Source: a virus
Lineage: Duplodnaviria > Caudoviricetes
DNA length: 64,000 nt
Reading direction: 5' to 3' (one strand)
IMG/VR virus record: IMGVR_UViG_3300031134_000001
Span: 207,027-271,026 of that record
Shown piece by piece: positions 54,718-63,250 of the stretch (within the stretch, counting starts at the first letter, position 1; each line of letters opens with the position of its first letter). A program made the position numbers and the translations under genes. The notes beneath the pieces are model-generated. The model was not told the origin of the DNA. It made no database searches and saw only the letters and a program-made list of their open reading frames with translations.

Positions 54718-56010
54718 ATGAAACAGCAACCTCAAGTAGCGTTTACTTCGCAGTCAGACTTTTCGAAACTGAAAGTCGCAGGACCTGCCGCGCAAGACAA
54801 TACCAACATCGAGTTGGCAATCTACGATCTGATGGTCGATGGTGCTAGCCGCACTGTCAATCAGATTGTGCGTACGTTGGCTGTGCTTGGCTATGAAGCA
54901 AGTCAGATCAACAATCGCATGGTGGGTCTGCTCTTCAAGAAGGAATGGTTTGTCGAAGGCACGCTTAGCGGCAAGCCAAGCTACAAACTGAAAAAGAGTG
55001 CCAAGCGAACGATCGCTTTGACTACTGCAGCCAAAGGGTTGGAGTCGGTCAAGGCGAGCGATATCGTCGTACGGTCCTCAGCTGAGCAGCCATTTAGTTC
55101 AGCCAGCAAAACACCGCAGACCGTCGAAGTCACCTACAAACGTAACCGCTCGCTCATCGCAAAGGAAAACACCATGCCACAAGAACCAACCCCGCAACCA
55201 GCCGATAAACCAAACCAGCTCATCGTGCTGCCAGAAGATTCGGTCAAGCTCGCCATCTGGAAAGTCATGGCCGACCATGCTTACTACAAGCGCAGTGATC
55301 TGGAACAACTGCTGGACCATATCAAGCTTAGCACCATCAGCGCTTCCTTGACCCTGATGGAACATGAAGGAATGATCGAAGTCGATCGCGCCGATCGCAA
55401 AATCGGTTTCCTGTTCCGCTTGCGCGAAGGTGTGCCAGCACCAGAAGGCGGCAACCCTTACGCTCCCCGTAACCGCACCCCAAAGGTTGCGGCTCCTCAA
55501 CCTGAACTCCCACTGGAGAACCAATCCATGCAATCCGATACCCCAGAAGGAAATGTCAACCCTGACAACATCGGCGCACTCGATGCCGGCGCCCTGGCCG
55601 ACTTCGTACCAGCCGAGATCCGCGCAAAGGCTGCTGAAATCTCCGCCCAGTTCCCCGATGACTCGGTCGACCAACCGAAAGAAGTCGTCGCCTCAGTCGC
55701 CCCGGCTACGCGCAACGTTGCCGACTTCCCCGGCTTCGACACCTTCGACATGGGCGACCAGCCGAAAGAAATGGCGCCGCTGATCGCCGTGGGCGGCATC
55801 CAGATCAAGGGCGTCGTGTTTTCGTACAAGGAAGCGCGCGAACTCCTGAAAGAACTGCGCCTCTACGGTTTCGGTTCGGAGTCGTACTACCAGGCTGCAC
55901 CAATCACGTCCTACGTGAAGATGGTGCGCAGCTTCTCGGTGTCCGGCGTGGACTTCACCGAGCACGAAATGAACGAGCTGGCCTCGACCTTGGCTAGCGA
56001 GCTGGAATAA
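54718..56010 (+). CDS. Putative DNA-binding protein with two winged-helix-like domains (430 aa)
   Basis: IELAIYDLMVDG...TVNQIVRTL and VKLAIWKVMAD...RSDLEQLL...STISASLTLMEHEGMIEV. Confidence 0.65.
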   Translation: MKQQPQVAFTSQSDFSKLKVAGPAAQDNTNIELAIYDLMVDGASRTVNQIVRTLAVLGYEASQINNRMVGLLFKKEWFVEGTLSGKPSYKLKKSAKRTIALTTAAKGLESVKASDIVVRSSAEQPFSSASKTPQTVEVTYKRNRSLIAKENTMPQEPTPQPADKPNQLIVLPEDSVKLAIWKVMADHAYYKRSDLEQLLDHIKLSTISASLTLMEHEGMIEVDRADRKIGFLFRLREGVPAPEGGNPYAPRNRTPKVAAPQPELPLENQSMQSDTPEGNVNPDNIGALDAGALADFVPAEIRAKAAEISAQFPDDSVDQPKEVVASVAPATRNVADFPGFDTFDMGDQPKEMAPLIAVGGIQIKGVVFSYKEARELLKELRLYGFGSESYYQAAPITSYVKMVRSFSVSGVDFTEHEMNELASTLASELE

Positions 56011-56126
56011 TCGTTTAAGTACGGGGCTGCCTTTCGGGGTGGCTCCGTATGAGGAACTATTTGAAAGACTTCGGTTTTTCAAATATCACCTTACCCCAAC
56101 CAACAACTAACAACAGGAGTATTACC

Positions 56127-56279
56127 ATGGACCGTATCAACGAATTTAACAACAGCACCCTGGCCAAATCGATCCACAACGCCAAGCGTGAACAGAGCGA
56201 TAGCCGTATCATGCTGCGCGTTGGTGGCGTAGTCGTGCTGCTGCTGGCCCTCGCATTCAAATACGCTGTCGGCAACTAA
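56127..56279 (+). CDS. 50-aa membrane microprotein; start revised to 56127
   Basis: CAGGAG RBS; VGGVVVLLLALAF. Confidence 0.75.
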   Translation: MDRINEFNNSTLAKSIHNAKREQSDSRIMLRVGGVVVLLLALAFKYAVGN

Positions 56280-56287
56280 GCGACATA

Positions 56288-56320
56288 AGTCCGGCTCTAC
56301 GCCGGATTCTTTTTTTTCTT
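56288..56320 (+). terminator. Intrinsic terminator
   Basis: AGTCCGGC/GCCGGATT stem plus T tract. Confidence 0.85.
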
Positions 56321-56333
56321 TAGGGAGAGTAGC

Positions 56334-56753
56334 ATGGCAACCAAAGCAGGCAAGGTCCAAGTCAAGGACATCCGGGTCGGTAAGATCTTTTACCTCGTGA
56401 AAGCAGACTTTCCGATCATGGGTGCTACACTCGTGGGCGAAGGTGAGGTAGAATCGGTTCGTCGTATCCGCGTGATCAGCCGTCCGTTCTGGCGCCGTCT
56501 CTCGGCTACGCCGGCGTTTCGTTACATCGACGACCGCGGGACCGAAGACTGGATCAACCTCAACGACATGGCCCTGAACCATGCTGACCAAGAAATCATC
56601 TTGGAAAAGCCGTACTTCGTGGTGCTCAGTAACCGCAATGCAGTGCGCCGGTTTACAACGATGTTCAACGATCGTAAGCCGACGAAGAAAGAAGTGGTTC
56701 GCACGTTGCTGCGCGAAGCGAACCTGGTCAACACCCAACGCAGTTACGCATAA
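56334..56753 (+). CDS. Hypothetical protein (139 aa)
   Basis: GGGAG RBS. Confidence 0.8.
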   Translation: MATKAGKVQVKDIRVGKIFYLVKADFPIMGATLVGEGEVESVRRIRVISRPFWRRLSATPAFRYIDDRGTEDWINLNDMALNHADQEIILEKPYFVVLSNRNAVRRFTTMFNDRKPTKKEVVRTLLREANLVNTQRSYA

Positions 56754-56772
56754 CCAACAACAAGGAGCTAGT

Positions 56773-57303
56773 ATGCTTAAGAAAGAATTCACCAGTATTT
56801 CCTCGGACAACAACCTGTTCGACCTGGAACACATCGTGCGCGTCAGCATGAAGGCTGCGAACATGAGTAAGGAAGAGCAGTACGTTCGCGTCGAAGCGTA
56901 TCTGCGAAAGAAGCATCCCAACGCATCGCCAGAAGTTTTCCCTACGCTTACTGCGATGTTCATCGGCTCAGACATGACGTTCAAGCATTTCTGCCAAATG
57001 ATGGATGCGCTGAACTGTGATCTGATGATCTCGGTGCGCTTGCCGCTGAGCGCGAACTTGCATCCACCGATCTGGGACAAGTCGATCAACGAACTGGACA
57101 TGCCGGTACGCGTGACGAACATCCTGCGTGATCGCGAGTCCATCCACTCGATCGGTCAACTCATCAGCCACAGCAGCAATTCGCTGATGAAGATCCCTGG
57201 CTTTGGCCACAGCGCTTTGGCGTATGTGACTGAAGCGGTGACTAAAGCCGGCCTCGCTCTGGATACCAAGACCAACGGCTGGACGCCACCTAAGGAAGAG
57301 TGA
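56773..57303 (+). CDS. RNA polymerase alpha-CTD-like domain protein with N-terminal HTH-like domain; start revised to 56773
   Basis: SINELDMPVRVTNILRDRESIHSIGQLISHSSNSLMKIPGFGHSALAYV vs alpha-CTD [47 protein letters not shown]. Confidence 0.85.
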   Translation: MLKKEFTSISSDNNLFDLEHIVRVSMKAANMSKEEQYVRVEAYLRKKHPNASPEVFPTLTAMFIGSDMTFKHFCQMMDALNCDLMISVRLPLSANLHPPIWDKSINELDMPVRVTNILRDRESIHSIGQLISHSSNSLMKIPGFGHSALAYVTEAVTKAGLALDTKTNGWTPPKEE

Positions 57304-57470
57304 TGGAGCTGACGCCAGTTAAAAACCAAGACCTCGCGAATGCTTACGTTGATCTCATGCGCTTTAAGAAAGACATGACGCAGCAACAGATCATTCGTGC
57401 TTCGCTGGCCTTGGAGACTAAAAACCTCGATGGACTCAAAGCCATCAAAGCCGAACTGAATCAATCGTGA
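57303..57470 (+). CDS. 55-aa microprotein (not in ORF track)
   Basis: TGATG overlap with upstream stop; MELTPVKNQDLANAYVDLMRFKKD... Confidence 0.6.
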   Translation: MELTPVKNQDLANAYVDLMRFKKDMTQQQIIRASLALETKNLDGLKAIKAELNQS

Positions 57471-57649
57471 AACGGCGCCCTAAGAAAATGCCCACTCGCT
57501 GGCGGTTGATGTGGTATCAGCAAGTCGGGAAGTGTCTTATCCTGAAGTGGCATACTGGTACCGAGTATGAGTGCGATGTATTGCAACGCGCTTGTGCTGC
57601 AGCCGGTGAATGGCATCGCCTCTGCCCGCCTGGATCATTTAAAGAGTGA
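57467..57649 (+). CDS. 60-aa hypothetical protein
   Basis: GTGA overlap; precedes a hairpin. Confidence 0.5.
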   Translation: MKRRPKKMPTRWRLMWYQQVGKCLILKWHTGTEYECDVLQRACAAAGEWHRLCPPGSFKE

Positions 57650-57653
57650 TCTC

Positions 57654-57695
57654 TTAACCACTTCTTTCGGGAGGTGGTTAATGGCTTTGCTTTTA
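57654..57695 (+). terminator. Terminator-like hairpin
   Basis: TTAACCACTTCT-TTCG-GGAGGTGGTTAA. Confidence 0.75.
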
Positions 57696-57717
57696 TAACC
57701 AACAACAAGGACGTATC

Positions 57718-58101
57718 ATGCTTACTACAAAAGACGTATTAAGATTACACAATCTGAGTCTGGTGCAAGACCTTTGCCGTGGCGCTCAAAGAAATAATTC
57801 GAATGCAATCCGTCGACTGCATGAAGTTATTCCGCTGGAGCACTTGGATGAGATGTGTAACCGACTCCAAGATAACGGTGTGATGATTTCAGCCAACCAG
57901 CTGAGAGCTACTATGCAACTTTTCCCCATCCATCGAATGGCGTTAATCGATGATACGGGAACCGATGCTGCCGAAGCCGTCATGGAGGCATTGTGTCTGG
58001 CATACCTGAATTGCCCGATGGTGCAACGTAGTGATGGCGTGGATTACGATCTTTTCATCCACCTACTCAACACCAGCATTCGCAATCATCCGTTTTTATA
58101 A
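57718..58101 (+). CDS. Hypothetical protein (127 aa)
   Basis: TAACCAACAACAAGGA leader. Confidence 0.85.
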   Translation: MLTTKDVLRLHNLSLVQDLCRGAQRNNSNAIRRLHEVIPLEHLDEMCNRLQDNGVMISANQLRATMQLFPIHRMALIDDTGTDAAEAVMEALCLAYLNCPMVQRSDGVDYDLFIHLLNTSIRNHPFL

Positions 58102-58123
58102 CCAACAACATAAAGGAACTACC

Positions 58124-58486
58124 ATGTATTGCATCTCCCTGTGTGTGCGCGTTAAAGATGATCATGATGAACTCATCGATGAAACTATCTGGGCTTTAAA
58201 GCGAGAAATGCGGTCGCCCGTGAATTATTGGAAACAAGCGGGTTTCGGTCAAACAGGTGAGGTTTTCAACACCTTGACAGAAGTCTGCCGTCAACACACC
58301 ACGATCAAGGAAGCGCTGGAAAATCCATCGACCATCAAAGACCCGCGCGTTAAATACTTGTGGGAATTGATGTCTAATACCCGCGGTTCTGTTAAGCATG
58401 CTGGTGGCAACCGCCGTGTTGAATTCGATCTGCAAATCGTTTCGCATCAGCCAACTGTTCTGCAAACCAGTTATTTGGACTTATAA
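58124..58486 (+). CDS. Hypothetical protein; start revised to 58124
   Basis: TAACCAACAACATAAAGGA leader. Confidence 0.8.
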   Translation: MYCISLCVRVKDDHDELIDETIWALKREMRSPVNYWKQAGFGQTGEVFNTLTEVCRQHTTIKEALENPSTIKDPRVKYLWELMSNTRGSVKHAGGNRRVEFDLQIVSHQPTVLQTSYLDL

Positions 58487-58499
58487 GAAAGGCGTTACC

Positions 58500-58877
58500 A
58501 TGAATCGCAAAGAAATAGCATCAAAGCGTAAAGAGCAGCGCAAATCCAAAAAACGCTGGAGCAGCTTCAGAATGAAGACGTTGCGCGCTGCCGGTCTGAG
58601 GAGATCACAGATCCTTATCTCAGCGTCGCGCGGTCCAAATCTAAGAGACATCGGCGTGAATCTCAACGTTGTTGTTCTGGAAGATACGGATAGTTATTTA
58701 ACCCCACCAACGGGTGATTTGCTCGCTGAATTCGACCGCCTGACCGACGGACGTTTCAGTAAGTTCTACGCTGAGTATTCACCGCCAGAACCAATCACCG
58801 TTAACGACCCAGGAAACAAACTTCGTGACACTGGGTACATGGATCTCATTTCACCTGATAAAAAGGAAACATCATGA
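58500..58877 (+). CDS. Hypothetical protein with basic N-terminus; start revised to 58500
   Basis: AAAGG RBS. Confidence 0.75.
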   Translation: MNRKEIASKRKEQRKSKKRWSSFRMKTLRAAGLRRSQILISASRGPNLRDIGVNLNVVVLEDTDSYLTPPTGDLLAEFDRLTDGRFSKFYAEYSPPEPITVNDPGNKLRDTGYMDLISPDKKETS

Positions 58878-59317
58878 AAGCAAGCATCAGTCTCCAGGGG
58901 CAAAATCTAACGCCCGATTACGTCAACGTGCTTCGCGCTGTCATGGCCAATAACGTGGTCAACTCCACCAAACTACTGTGGCGTCTGAACCTGAGCTCGG
59001 TCGATAAAGATTTCGGTGAACTCCGCGCCCGTCTTTTCCATGTACTCGAAGTGATTGATGGTGCTGCGTACGTCCCTCGCTATTCCGATGCGGGCGAGAT
59101 AACGATCTTCATCAATGGCGTCATGCTTGATGAATACGATGCACTTGCGGTGGCCAACAGCTTGATTATGCAGTATCAGAATTCAGCCAGCGAAGTAGTT
59201 TTGTTCGTGACTGGCTTCTCAGTCAAGCATCTCAAGAACCTCATCGAAGTGATGGCGGTCCCTCTGTTAGACAAGGTGCCGAAAGATCCCGACGATGATG
59301 AACCCATCCCGGATTAA
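58874..59317 (+). CDS. Hypothetical protein (147 aa)
   Basis: AAAAGGA RBS; ATGA overlap. Confidence 0.85.
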   Translation: MKASISLQGQNLTPDYVNVLRAVMANNVVNSTKLLWRLNLSSVDKDFGELRARLFHVLEVIDGAAYVPRYSDAGEITIFINGVMLDEYDALAVANSLIMQYQNSASEVVLFVTGFSVKHLKNLIEVMAVPLLDKVPKDPDDDEPIPD

Positions 59318-59331
59318 CTGAACTACTTTTC

Positions 59332-59395
59332 AACGGCATAGCGCCCTCTACCCTTCGGGGTAGAGGGCGACTAAGCGATGTGCGTTATTTTTTTG
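59332..59395. terminator. Bidirectional terminator between convergent operons
   Basis: CGCCCTCTACCC-TTCG-GGGTAGAGGGCG; TATGCCGTT follows the hairpin on the minus strand. Confidence 0.85.
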
Positions 59396-60107
59396 TTGGT
59401 TCAGCGAAGATTTGGTCATTGGGCCAGATTTTGCGGAACTTGTGTTGGCGAGCTTCAACACGGGCAGGGTAGTTTGCATTGATCATGCAGAACGATTCCC
59501 CGTATCCTGCCACCTTGACGTTTGACTGGGCGCACTTGGTATTTAAGTGGCCGTACCATTCGTTGGGTGTGCACTTCGAATCCATCCGGCACAGCCGAAT
59601 GCGTTTGGTCACGCTCCCGAACCCGCCGTTGTAACTGGCGCCGTTGCAGGCTTTAATGTTGCGTTGACCTTTCATGACAGCAGAGCAATTGCGGTCATTG
59701 ACTTTCATCTTCAGTACCAGACCGCGCAACTGATACTGCGCATTGTAGCAATCATCCCAGCTCCAGCCTTTAAGGGCAGGACTGAGACGACGGGTCTCTT
59801 CCAGAGCATCGAACCGCACGTTACCTTTGGCGTCGTATGCAATCGTGAATTGACCCAATCCACACCCGAGTTCGCGATGCGTCTTGAGTGTGGCCTTCAG
59901 TTTCCAGTTCGCTTCTTGATCCGGAATGGCTGCCAGCCAAGGACGATGCACCAGTGTCGGCCAGTACGTTGCGATCTCTTGATCGAGTATCGGTAACAGT
60001 TGTGCTGAATCGCCTGGTAGTTTCTGTGCGTGCGCTACGCTCCCCATCACGAGGAGCACAACAGCCAACATACAGCCACAGAAGAACTGTTGGAACCGGC
60101 TGATCAT
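59385..60107 (-). CDS. Lysozyme-like/lytic transglycosylase endolysin with Sec signal peptide; start revised to 60107
   Basis: MISRFQQFFCGCMLAVVLLVMGSVAHA; DQEANW (catalytic Glu), GLGQFT, ASYNGG SLT-type motifs. Confidence 0.8.
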   Translation of the reverse strand: MISRFQQFFCGCMLAVVLLVMGSVAHAQKLPGDSAQLLPILDQEIATYWPTLVHRPWLAAIPDQEANWKLKATLKTHRELGCGLGQFTIAYDAKGNVRFDALEETRRLSPALKGWSWDDCYNAQYQLRGLVLKMKVNDRNCSAVMKGQRNIKACNGASYNGGFGSVTKRIRLCRMDSKCTPNEWYGHLNTKCAQSNVKVAGYGESFCMINANYPARVEARQHKFRKIWPNDQIFAEPTKK

Positions 60108-60517
60108 TGCGTCAGGTACAACAGAACACCGATGCGGAAGCCCCACATCAGTGAATTGACGCAGTAGAACGCTACGACTGCCATTGGACTGAAGTCATTA
60201 CTGGTAGGATCGAGTAGGTATTCGAGTGCATGGCGGCTATCGATGCCTGCAGGTTGCGTGGTGAAACGCGTCCAGAACACGCACATCTCGATGAACGTGA
60301 GGGTAACCGCCGCGGCAAGCAGCTGGATGATTTCTGGGAAACGTGCCACGATGCCGAAACGGTTGGACATGCCGGAGACGATGGCCGAGTCCAGTGCCCA
60401 GACGCCGCCCGCTGTCAGCAGAACGAGGAACAGACTGCGAGCAAACATACGCTGGAACATTTCCCAGCTTGCTTGAGTGATGGCCAGAGTTTTGGCTTTA
60501 ATGTGGAACATGGACAT
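60104..60517 (-). CDS. Multi-pass membrane protein, putative holin
   Basis: Three hydrophobic segments; ATGA overlap with the endolysin gene. Confidence 0.6.
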   Translation of the reverse strand: MSMFHIKAKTLAITQASWEMFQRMFARSLFLVLLTAGGVWALDSAIVSGMSNRFGIVARFPEIIQLLAAAVTLTFIEMCVFWTRFTTQPAGIDSRHALEYLLDPTSNDFSPMAVVAFYCVNSLMWGFRIGVLLYLTQ

Positions 60518-60725
60518 GGTTTAGTGCCTTTTCTTTCTTGGCGGCGTACTGGACTGGAGTGAGCCAGCTACCGTCAGTTTGTTGATAATGGCCGACATCG
60601 ACTTCGTCTGGAATTTCGACGTAATCGTCAGCGCCTGCTTGTCCTACGTTTTGTTCAAGAGTGCGACCAATTGGCGGCTCGGTGACCGACACAACCACAC
60701 CTTTATACATCCGCCCATAGCGCAT
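60498..60725 (-). CDS. Small tail-fibre-associated hypothetical protein (75 aa)
   Basis: GAGG RBS; position after the tail gene. Confidence 0.7.
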   Translation of the reverse strand: MRYGRMYKGVVVSVTEPPIGRTLEQNVGQAGADDYVEIPDEVDVGHYQQTDGSWLTPVQYAAKKEKALNHVHVPH

Positions 60726-60808
60726 GATAAAACCTCATTTAAGTTAAGTTGGGATTGGAGAGAGAACATCCTCCATAACAATGGTAAATGTTTCTCCCCA
60801 ACCACACT

Positions 60809-61885
60809 TTAACTTCCCGGTACGCCGTAGTTTGCAGCCAGCAATTTACCGCACCAAGTCACGCCACCGTCGTAAGTCGTGAACTCGTATTCGTTCACAG
60901 CCAGTGCTGTCGTGGCGCGAGCCGGTTCGGTCTTGTTAGGCCACATGGTGCCGGTTGGGAACGACAGCCGGCGATTGGCTGTAGCGTCATTCTTGACCAG
61001 CGCCCGGAACTGAATGCAGTCAGCGCCTGCAAAGCCGACGATCTTCGACACATCGAAACGCAGCGTAGTGTCCGCGTTCAGCGCAATCGTAAACCGGTTA
61101 GTCACACTCAAATCAACCGAGGTCGTGGCTGCTGTTACCGTGATGTTGCGGGTACGTTGGCGGGTACTCGTTTCGTACGAGACTGGCGCCTTGTGCGTTT
61201 GCGGACCTGTGATGTCGCCCCCTGCTTTGTCAGCCGGAGTGTAGCCCAGCGTCTTGATGATCGCCGTCGATGTGTCACGGGTTTGGCGAATCAGATCGAG
61301 CGTGACTTGTACTTCACCTAACCGCGATTTGACGTAATCGTACATGCCCTTTTGACCAGCAGCGCTGCCAAGCGTAATGGCATTGGCCACACGGTCCATG
61401 GCGCTACTTAAGAACTCGAAACCATACACATCACCCACATCGTGCAAGTGGGGCGTTGGCTCGTATCCGTCGGGTTTGCCGATGATGTTGTCAAATTCGA
61501 TTGGTCGACCATCCAGACCCAAACGTTGGACCAGTTGGATGATGGCGTCGTACGAGTAACTGTATTCGCCACCGACCATCTGCGCATCGAACAACACGTT
61601 CTCACCACACGTGGCATCCGTGATCACCAAGATCTGGTGCACCGTCATACCCGAGGCTTCAGTTGGCAGTGTGTAGAGCAGGGAAGGGTAGTAGTCGACG
61701 TACTTCTTCAGAATACGGTTGGTGGTGGCGTCGCGTAAAGCGACCGAGTCGGTATAAAACGCGCCGTACTTGGGTACGCATACACGGATGTTTGCACTGT
61801 TTAAAACGTGCGCTTCGTCAATCACTCGGTTGCTGGCCGCAGCGCCAGTCAGGTCGAGCGGGTATTTGACTGGGACTAAAGACAT
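60809..61885 (-). CDS. Tail fibre/baseplate-attached virion protein
   Basis: N-terminal KYPLDLTG...N....E.H of phiKZ-like tail proteins; C-terminal beta domain SVDLS...FTIALNADTT...FTTYDGGVTW. Confidence 0.75.
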   Translation of the reverse strand: MSLVPVKYPLDLTGAAASNRVIDEAHVLNSANIRVCVPKYGAFYTDSVALRDATTNRILKKYVDYYPSLLYTLPTEASGMTVHQILVITDATCGENVLFDAQMVGGEYSYSYDAIIQLVQRLGLDGRPIEFDNIIGKPDGYEPTPHLHDVGDVYGFEFLSSAMDRVANAITLGSAAGQKGMYDYVKSRLGEVQVTLDLIRQTRDTSTAIIKTLGYTPADKAGGDITGPQTHKAPVSYETSTRQRTRNITVTAATTSVDLSVTNRFTIALNADTTLRFDVSKIVGFAGADCIQFRALVKNDATANRRLSFPTGTMWPNKTEPARATTALAVNEYEFTTYDGGVTWCGKLLAANYGVPGS

Positions 61886-61928
61886 TGTTGTTTCTCCGGT
61901 ACTGATAAAAAAATATTGATCAGAAGTT

Positions 61929-61963
61929 GCATAAAGACCGGGGCTATATAAGCCCTGGCCTTT
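61929..61963 (-). terminator. Terminator-like hairpin
   Basis: CCGGGGCT/AGCCCTGG stem with TATGC after it on the minus strand. Confidence 0.6.
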
Positions 61964-61979
61964 ACTGGAAGTTGTTAAC

Positions 61980-62462
61980 TTACACGCCAGGTAATGGCGG
62001 GATGGTTGGCCATACGATGTCGTACGGGTCCGGTTGTTCAGTTGGCAGATCGCGGATCGCTTGGATGTAGTTCAGGATCGGTGCGACAGGTTCTGTCGGC
62101 GCACGACCCATAGCCACTTCGTCATTATGACGATCCACACGCCAACGCTGATCTTCGATCAGGTCTTGACGCTCTTGGTTCAAGCTGTTCCATTTGATTT
62201 CCCACGCCGCCAGTTTCTGGCGATGCACGTCTTCAGGACCGACGCCAGCTGCCAACGTATCGGCTTCAGTCAGGAACCCCAGATGCATGAAGCGAGTATC
62301 TTGATCGCTTTCCTGAAACGTCGGATGCAGGTCGCGCAGGATCGCGTAATCGAGATTACGCAAACCAGTGATCGACGCGTACGATTCAGGCACATCGCCT
62401 GCGTACGAGATAAGCCGCGTTTGTTTGTTCACTAAGAACACGAGGCCGTTAACACTACTCAT
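61980..62462 (-). CDS. Tail fibre assembly chaperone
   Basis: C-terminal WRVDRHNDE...YIQAIRDLPTEQPDPYDIVWP is the phage tail assembly chaperone signature. Confidence 0.8.
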   Translation of the reverse strand: MSSVNGLVFLVNKQTRLISYAGDVPESYASITGLRNLDYAILRDLHPTFQESDQDTRFMHLGFLTEADTLAAGVGPEDVHRQKLAAWEIKWNSLNQERQDLIEDQRWRVDRHNDEVAMGRAPTEPVAPILNYIQAIRDLPTEQPDPYDIVWPTIPPLPGV

Positions 62463-63250
62463 TCTTGCACCTCATTGGTGTAGGTTTTCTTGAAGTGGAA
62501 CATCCGGCGATAGTAGCCCAATGCCCGTGAAGGGAAGCCGTATTTGTGCTTGAGCTTTTCCCACTTGGTTGGCGAGCCGCACACGCCATGGTAACTCACA
62601 CGCTTAAACGGCAGCGCGTGCAGCAGCGGCTCGCCGGCTTTGATGGTGAACTCGCATGGCCGGATCGGGGTGAAGATGAAGTTCGCCGTATGGAACTGAT
62701 CGTAGTCCACTGTGCCTGGGTAGACAAACAGCTTATCGAGGAACGTCGAGTGCAAGAGCGCTGGGATCAGATGCACTGAATGTCCTGGCTCGGTGTAGAT
62801 GCCATACGGCAGCGGCACCTTCACGACCTTCATCTTAACGCCGTCGATTGGCGCGATACCTTCGACAACGTCGTTGTCCATGTATGCCACAGCCATCGCT
62901 GGATCTTCCGCATGACTGACTGAGACAACCACACCGCTGCTATTGGCTTTGATGTGAATGTCGGTGTGCGCGCGGATGATGTAGCCTTCTTGGATGTAGT
63001 CATGCATCCCAGGGCAGCGGGTAAACTTCACCGAGCCTTTGCGACCCGCTTTGGTTTCTGCCTTGGCCTTGTCGATCATCGCTTCAAACCACTTGGGCTT
63101 GATTTCTTTGGCGGTCATCACCGGATAGATGACATGCGGCCCACCGTAGGAGGCTTTGAAGCGAATCACCGAATCGGTAAACACCCGACGCAGCCAGCCG
63201 TTAAAGGCGATCAGCCCGAAGATGATGAGATCAATCAGGCGTGAGATCAT
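62459..63250 (-). CDS. DUF6065-like (dUTPase-like beta fold) protein, paralogue A
   Basis: TRCPGMHDYIQEGYII, TEPGHS, PGTVDYD, IKAGEPLLHALPFKR. Confidence 0.6.
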   Translation of the reverse strand: MISRLIDLIIFGLIAFNGWLRRVFTDSVIRFKASYGGPHVIYPVMTAKEIKPKWFEAMIDKAKAETKAGRKGSVKFTRCPGMHDYIQEGYIIRAHTDIHIKANSSGVVVSVSHAEDPAMAVAYMDNDVVEGIAPIDGVKMKVVKVPLPYGIYTEPGHSVHLIPALLHSTFLDKLFVYPGTVDYDQFHTANFIFTPIRPCEFTIKAGEPLLHALPFKRVSYHGVCGSPTKWEKLKHKYGFPSRALGYYRRMFHFKKTYTNEVQE

